Below are positions 27,465-30,729 of a DNA stretch of 30,729 nt, one piece after another; the first letter of the stretch is position 1, and each line of letters starts with the position of its first letter. The stretch comes from Candidatus Eiseniibacteriota bacterium (lineage in GTDB: Bacteria > Eisenbacteria > RBG-16-71-46), in NCBI GenBank assembly GCA_031366795.1, contig JANLOX010000058.1, forward strand, positions 1 through 30,729, given 5' to 3'. The notes beneath the pieces were generated by a model, which was given only the letters and a program-made list of their open reading frames with translations, was not told the DNA's origin and searched no databases. Position numbers and translations under genes: made by a program.

Positions 27465-28219
27465 GCTACCCTCCGCACCGCGTGCCCAGCCGCGGCCATC
27501 GCGGCCTTGAGCTGCTCCACCGTCGCGACGCCATCGTGCAACAGTCCCGCGACGAGCACCGCGTCGGCACCTGCATCGAGCGCTTCGGCCAGGTGGCGCG
27601 GCTCACCGGCGCCGCCCGAGGCGATGACCGGGACCGTCACCGCAGCCGCGACCGCCGCCGTCAGCTCGAGCTCGTAGCCGGAGCGCGCGCCGTCGCGGTC
27701 AACGGAAGTGAGCAGGATCTCGCCCGCGCCCAGCCGCACGCATTCGCGCGCCCAGGCGATCGCATCCAGCGCCGTCGGAGTGCGTCCGCCGTGCGTGATC
27801 ACTCGCCACGCCGCGCCATTGCGCCGCGCATCGATGCTGGCCACCACGCACTGCCGCCCGAAGCGCTCGGCGCAATCGGCGATGAGTTGCGGCCGTTCGA
27901 CCGCGGCGGTGTTCATGCTGACCTTGTCGGCGCCCGCGCGCAGCGCCCGCGCGGCATCATCGGCGGTGCGCACGCCACCGCCCAGGGTGAGCGGGATGAA
28001 CAGCCGCTCGGCGGTGCGGCGCGCCAGGTCGAGCAGCATGCCGCGTTCCTCGACCGAGGCCGAAATGTCGAGGAACACGATCTCGTCCGCGCCCTGGCGT
28101 TCGTACGCCGCCGCGAGTTCCGCGGGGTCGCCGACATCGCGCAGACCGACGAACTGCACGCCCTTGACCGCGCGGCCGCCCTTCACGTCGAGGCAGGCGA
28201 TCAGCCGTCGCGTCAGCAC
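27461..28219 (-). CDS. hisF: Imidazole glycerol phosphate synthase cyclase subunit
   Basis: RLIACLDVKGG..VKG, GADEIVFLDISAS, GGGVR, GADKVS.NTAA, GAGEILLTSVDRDG, ASGGAG; GTG start 28219 after GAGGAG. Confidence 0.97.
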   Translation of the reverse strand: MLTRRLIACLDVKGGRAVKGVQFVGLRDVGDPAELAAAYERQGADEIVFLDISASVEERGMLLDLARRTAERLFIPLTLGGGVRTADDAARALRAGADKVSMNTAAVERPQLIADCAERFGRQCVVASIDARRNGAAWRVITHGGRTPTALDAIAWARECVRLGAGEILLTSVDRDGARSGYELELTAAVAAAVTVPVIASGGAGEPRHLAEALDAGADAVLVAGLLHDGVATVEQLKAAMAAAGHAVRRVA

Positions 28220-28755
28220 TACTTCTCCTCGAGCGAGACGGAGCCCTTGGTGCTGAACACCTCGCCGTCGCGCTGCAGGCAATCACGCAGGCACAGCCCC
28301 AGCGCCTTGAAACCCGCTTCCACGATGTGGTGCCGGTTGGTGCCGCGCAACACGCGCAGATGGAGCGTGGCTCGGGCGTTATCGGCGAACGAGCGCATCC
28401 AGTGCTCGTAGTAGGAGCTCGGCAGCGGCCCGCGGTAGTACGGCCTGCCGCCGACATCCAGCGTGACCGCCACGAGGGCTTCGTCCATCGGCACCACGCG
28501 GTGTCCGTAACGCCCGCATGGCTCGGCGCTCAAGGGCGCGAGCGCCGTGCCCGTGGCGATGGCGACGTCCTCGATCAGGTGGTGCGGCAGGTCGCCGCGT
28601 GCCTCAATGGTGAGATCCAGCGCCGCGTAGCGCGCGAGCGTCACCAGCATGTGGTCGAGGAACGGCCGGCCCGTGTCGATCGCGGCGCGGCCGCTGCCGC
28701 GCTCGAGTTCGACGTGGACGCGCGTCTCGCGAGTCTCCCGGTTGACAGTGCTCAT
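28219..28755 (-). CDS. hisB: Imidazoleglycerol-phosphate dehydratase (short, monofunctional)
   Basis: RETRET, FLDHML, HHLIED, PMDEAL, RHHIVEA.FKA, STKG; 178 aa. Confidence 0.95.
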   Translation of the reverse strand: MSTVNRETRETRVHVELERGSGRAAIDTGRPFLDHMLVTLARYAALDLTIEARGDLPHHLIEDVAIATGTALAPLSAEPCGRYGHRVVPMDEALVAVTLDVGGRPYYRGPLPSSYYEHWMRSFADNARATLHLRVLRGTNRHHIVEAGFKALGLCLRDCLQRDGEVFSTKGSVSLEEK

Positions 28756-29465
28756 GCCCTGAATTCCTCCGCAACGGCGCGTGCGTCGAGCGCCCCAGTA
28801 TAAAGAGCCATCCCCAGGATCGCGGCGGAGCATCCCGCCGTGGCCAGTTCGCGCAATTCGTCCATGCTCGTGATACCGCCCGAAGCCTGGAGCTTCAAGC
28901 GGGTGAGTCCCGCCAGTTCACGCATCAAGGGCAGGTCGGTTCCCTGCAGTGCCCCCTCGCGATGCACCGCGGTGACGAGAACCCCGCCGAGCGGGAGCGT
29001 CGCCAGTCCAGCGATGCACTCCGCGATGTCGGGGCCGTCGTCGGCGCTCCAACCCTTCGTGGTGACCCGGCGTTCCCGCACGTCGGCCGCCACCACGATG
29101 CGCTCCGGGTAGGCGCTCGTCACTTCTGTGAGCCACTCGCGATCGGTCACGGCCCGCGTACCCGTGATCACGCGTGCGGCGCCGGCTTCGAGCAGCGCGG
29201 TGACAGCCGCGGTGTCGCGCACGCCACCGCCCACTTGAAACGAGAGTCCCGGCAAGGCGAGCAACTCGCGGATCATCGCCGCGTTCGACCCCCGCCCGGT
29301 GGCGGCGTCGAGATCGACGATGTGTAGCGCGCCGAAGCCGGCGTCGCGGAACTCGCGGGCAACCTCTAGTGGGTCACTGCGGCGCACGCGCTCATCTTCA
29401 TAGCGCCCGCCGACCAGTTGAACGCAGGCGCCCTCGCGCAGGTCGATGGCCGGCAACGCGATCAT
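28752..29465 (-). CDS. hisA: ProFAR isomerase
   Basis: PAIDL..G.CVQL..G, LHIVDLDAA.G, QVGGGVR, T.V..EG...G.D, ASGG; ATG 29465. Confidence 0.96.
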   Translation of the reverse strand: MIALPAIDLREGACVQLVGGRYEDERVRRSDPLEVAREFRDAGFGALHIVDLDAATGRGSNAAMIRELLALPGLSFQVGGGVRDTAAVTALLEAGAARVITGTRAVTDREWLTEVTSAYPERIVVAADVRERRVTTKGWSADDGPDIAECIAGLATLPLGGVLVTAVHREGALQGTDLPLMRELAGLTRLKLQASGGITSMDELRELATAGCSAAILGMALYTGALDARAVAEEFRA

Positions 29466-30058
29466 CGCGTCACCTCGCGCACGCATGCGGCGAGAAAGCG
29501 CACGCCAACGTCGGAGCTCTTCTCCGGGTGGAACTGGATTCCAATCACACGCTCGCGCCGCACCGCCGCCGCGAAGCGGTCGGACTCGTGCGTACTCCAT
29601 GCGATCACCACGGCAGGATCCGCGGGGCGGCACACGTAGCTGTTGGCGAAGTAGGCGGTGGCGAGCGGCGCTTCGACGAAGGCCGCATCGCGCGTGTCCT
29701 CAAGCGTGTTCCAACCAATCTGGGGGAGCCGCTTCGCCTTGAGCGTCGTAACGCGCCCCGCGAAGATGCCCAGGCCTTCGCCTTCGCCCTCCTCGCTCGA
29801 GTCGAACAGCAGCTGCATGCCGAGGCAGATGCCGATGCATGGCAGGCCAGCCGCAATGGCGTCGCGAATGACGATACGGCCCGGTTCCAGCGCGCGCGCG
29901 GCACTACCAAACGCGCCAACACCCGGCAACAACAACAGCTCGGACTTCGCCGCACTCACGGGATCCGCATCGATGCGAACCTCGACGCCATCGCGATTGA
30001 GCGCCTTGGCGAGCGAGTGGAGATTGCCCGCGCCGTAGTCGAACAGCGTCGCGATCAT
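29462..30058 (-). CDS. hisH: Imidazole glycerol phosphate synthase glutaminase subunit
   Basis: DYGAGNL.S, LPGVGAF, GICLGMQ, QFHPEKS; ATG 30058. Confidence 0.96.
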   Translation of the reverse strand: MIATLFDYGAGNLHSLAKALNRDGVEVRIDADPVSAAKSELLLLPGVGAFGSAARALEPGRIVIRDAIAAGLPCIGICLGMQLLFDSSEEGEGEGLGIFAGRVTTLKAKRLPQIGWNTLEDTRDAAFVEAPLATAYFANSYVCRPADPAVVIAWSTHESDRFAAAVRRERVIGIQFHPEKSSDVGVRFLAACVREVTR

Positions 30059-30729
30059 CGTGGCGCCGCCTTGAGTGCCGCGAGACACGCTTCGAGCATG
30101 GGCCAGGGGCCAATGGTGATACGCAACGCGTCGCCAATGCCGGTGAGGCCCTCGAGCGCGCGCACGGCGACGCCGGCGCTGCGGAGCGCTGTATCCGCGG
30201 CGGCCGCCGACTTCACGGGGACGAGCACGAAGTTTGCCGCCGAAGGGAGCGGGGCGAACCTCAGCGAATTGAGCGCCACGATGAAGCGGTCCCGCAGCGC
30301 GATCGCCTCAACGGCGCGCGCCTGCACCCAGTCGAGGTCGTGTGTGAGTGCCGCGACCGCGGCGCGTTCGGCGAGCGCTCCCACGGTGTAGGGGCCGCGC
30401 ACCTTCTCGATCGCCGCGATCATCTCCGCGGGACCCACCCCATAGCCCACGCGCAGCCCGGCGAGCCCGAACGCCTTCGACATCGTGCGGGTCACCAGGA
30501 TGGCGCCCTGCTCGAGATGTTCCTTGGGGCCAGGGCAACCGAGTTCGTCGAACTCCGCGTAGGCCTGGTCGAGAATCAGCAGCGGTGCGGATCGTCCGGG
30601 GTTGTTGAGCCGCTCGAGCGCTACTTCCCATGCCTGCTGGGTCTTGCGCGCGCCGGTCGGGTTGTTCGGGCTGCACAGGTACACGATGCGCGCTCCCGAA
30701 TCGAACAATCCCCGCACCACCGAGGCGTC
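30055..30729 (-). CDS. hisC: Histidinol-phosphate aminotransferase (5' truncated by window)
   Basis: LCSPNNPTG, D.AY.EF, RTMSKAFGLAGLRVGY, S.ANF, LRITIG. Confidence 0.95.
   Translation of the reverse strand, partial: DASVVRGLFDSGARIVYLCSPNNPTGARKTQQAWEVALERLNNPGRSAPLLILDQAYAEFDELGCPGPKEHLEQGAILVTRTMSKAFGLAGLRVGYGVGPAEMIAAIEKVRGPYTVGALAERAAVAALTHDLDWVQARAVEAIALRDRFIVALNSLRFAPLPSAANFVLVPVKSAAAADTALRSAGVAVRALEGLTGIGDALRITIGPWPMLEACLAALKAAPR

Noticed and set aside
1..30729. CRISPR array, IS element, rRNA or defence system
   Set aside because: No regularly spaced repeats, transposase, nuclease or rRNA-like sequence seen; nearly all bases are accounted for by the listed genes.

Overview
High-GC bacterial chromosome segment. 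Bases 1-15779 hold the 3' end of tuf followed by a complete, uninterrupted S10-spc-alpha ribosomal superoperon (rpsJ to rplQ, including secY, adk, map, infA, an rpmJ missed by the ORF track, zinc-type rpsN/rpsD/rpmJ and rpoA). Next come a secreted GHL10/DUF187-type glycoside hydrolase, typA, a membrane hybrid histidine kinase (sensor-PAS-HisKA-HATPase-REC-REC) translationally coupled to a stand-alone receiver protein, a secreted dienelactone hydrolase, an extended SDR, tRNA-Asn(GTT) with its own sigma70-like promoter, DUF1801 and DUF3224 genes, and a convergent, fully coupled his operon (hisC partial-H-A-B-F-N-IE). No mobile element, CRISPR or defence system is visible. The strongest lead is the two-component pair: from memory it resembles cyanobacterial HepK/DevR, yet it sits in an apparently non-cyanobacterial genome. 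It is preceded by a perfect sigma28-type -10 box inside a 9-bp inverted repeat, has enlarged receiver loops, and both proteins end in -RRAA. Secondary leads are candidate cis-regulatory RNA structures in r-protein spacers, a long basic N-terminal tail on uL5, substitutions in normally conserved uL2/uL3/uL4/bL36/EF-Tu motifs, and a compact archaeal-like HisB. Taxonomy (possibly Ca. Eisenbacteria or Gemmatimonadota-adjacent) is only a guess. All family assignments come from motif recognition, not database searches.
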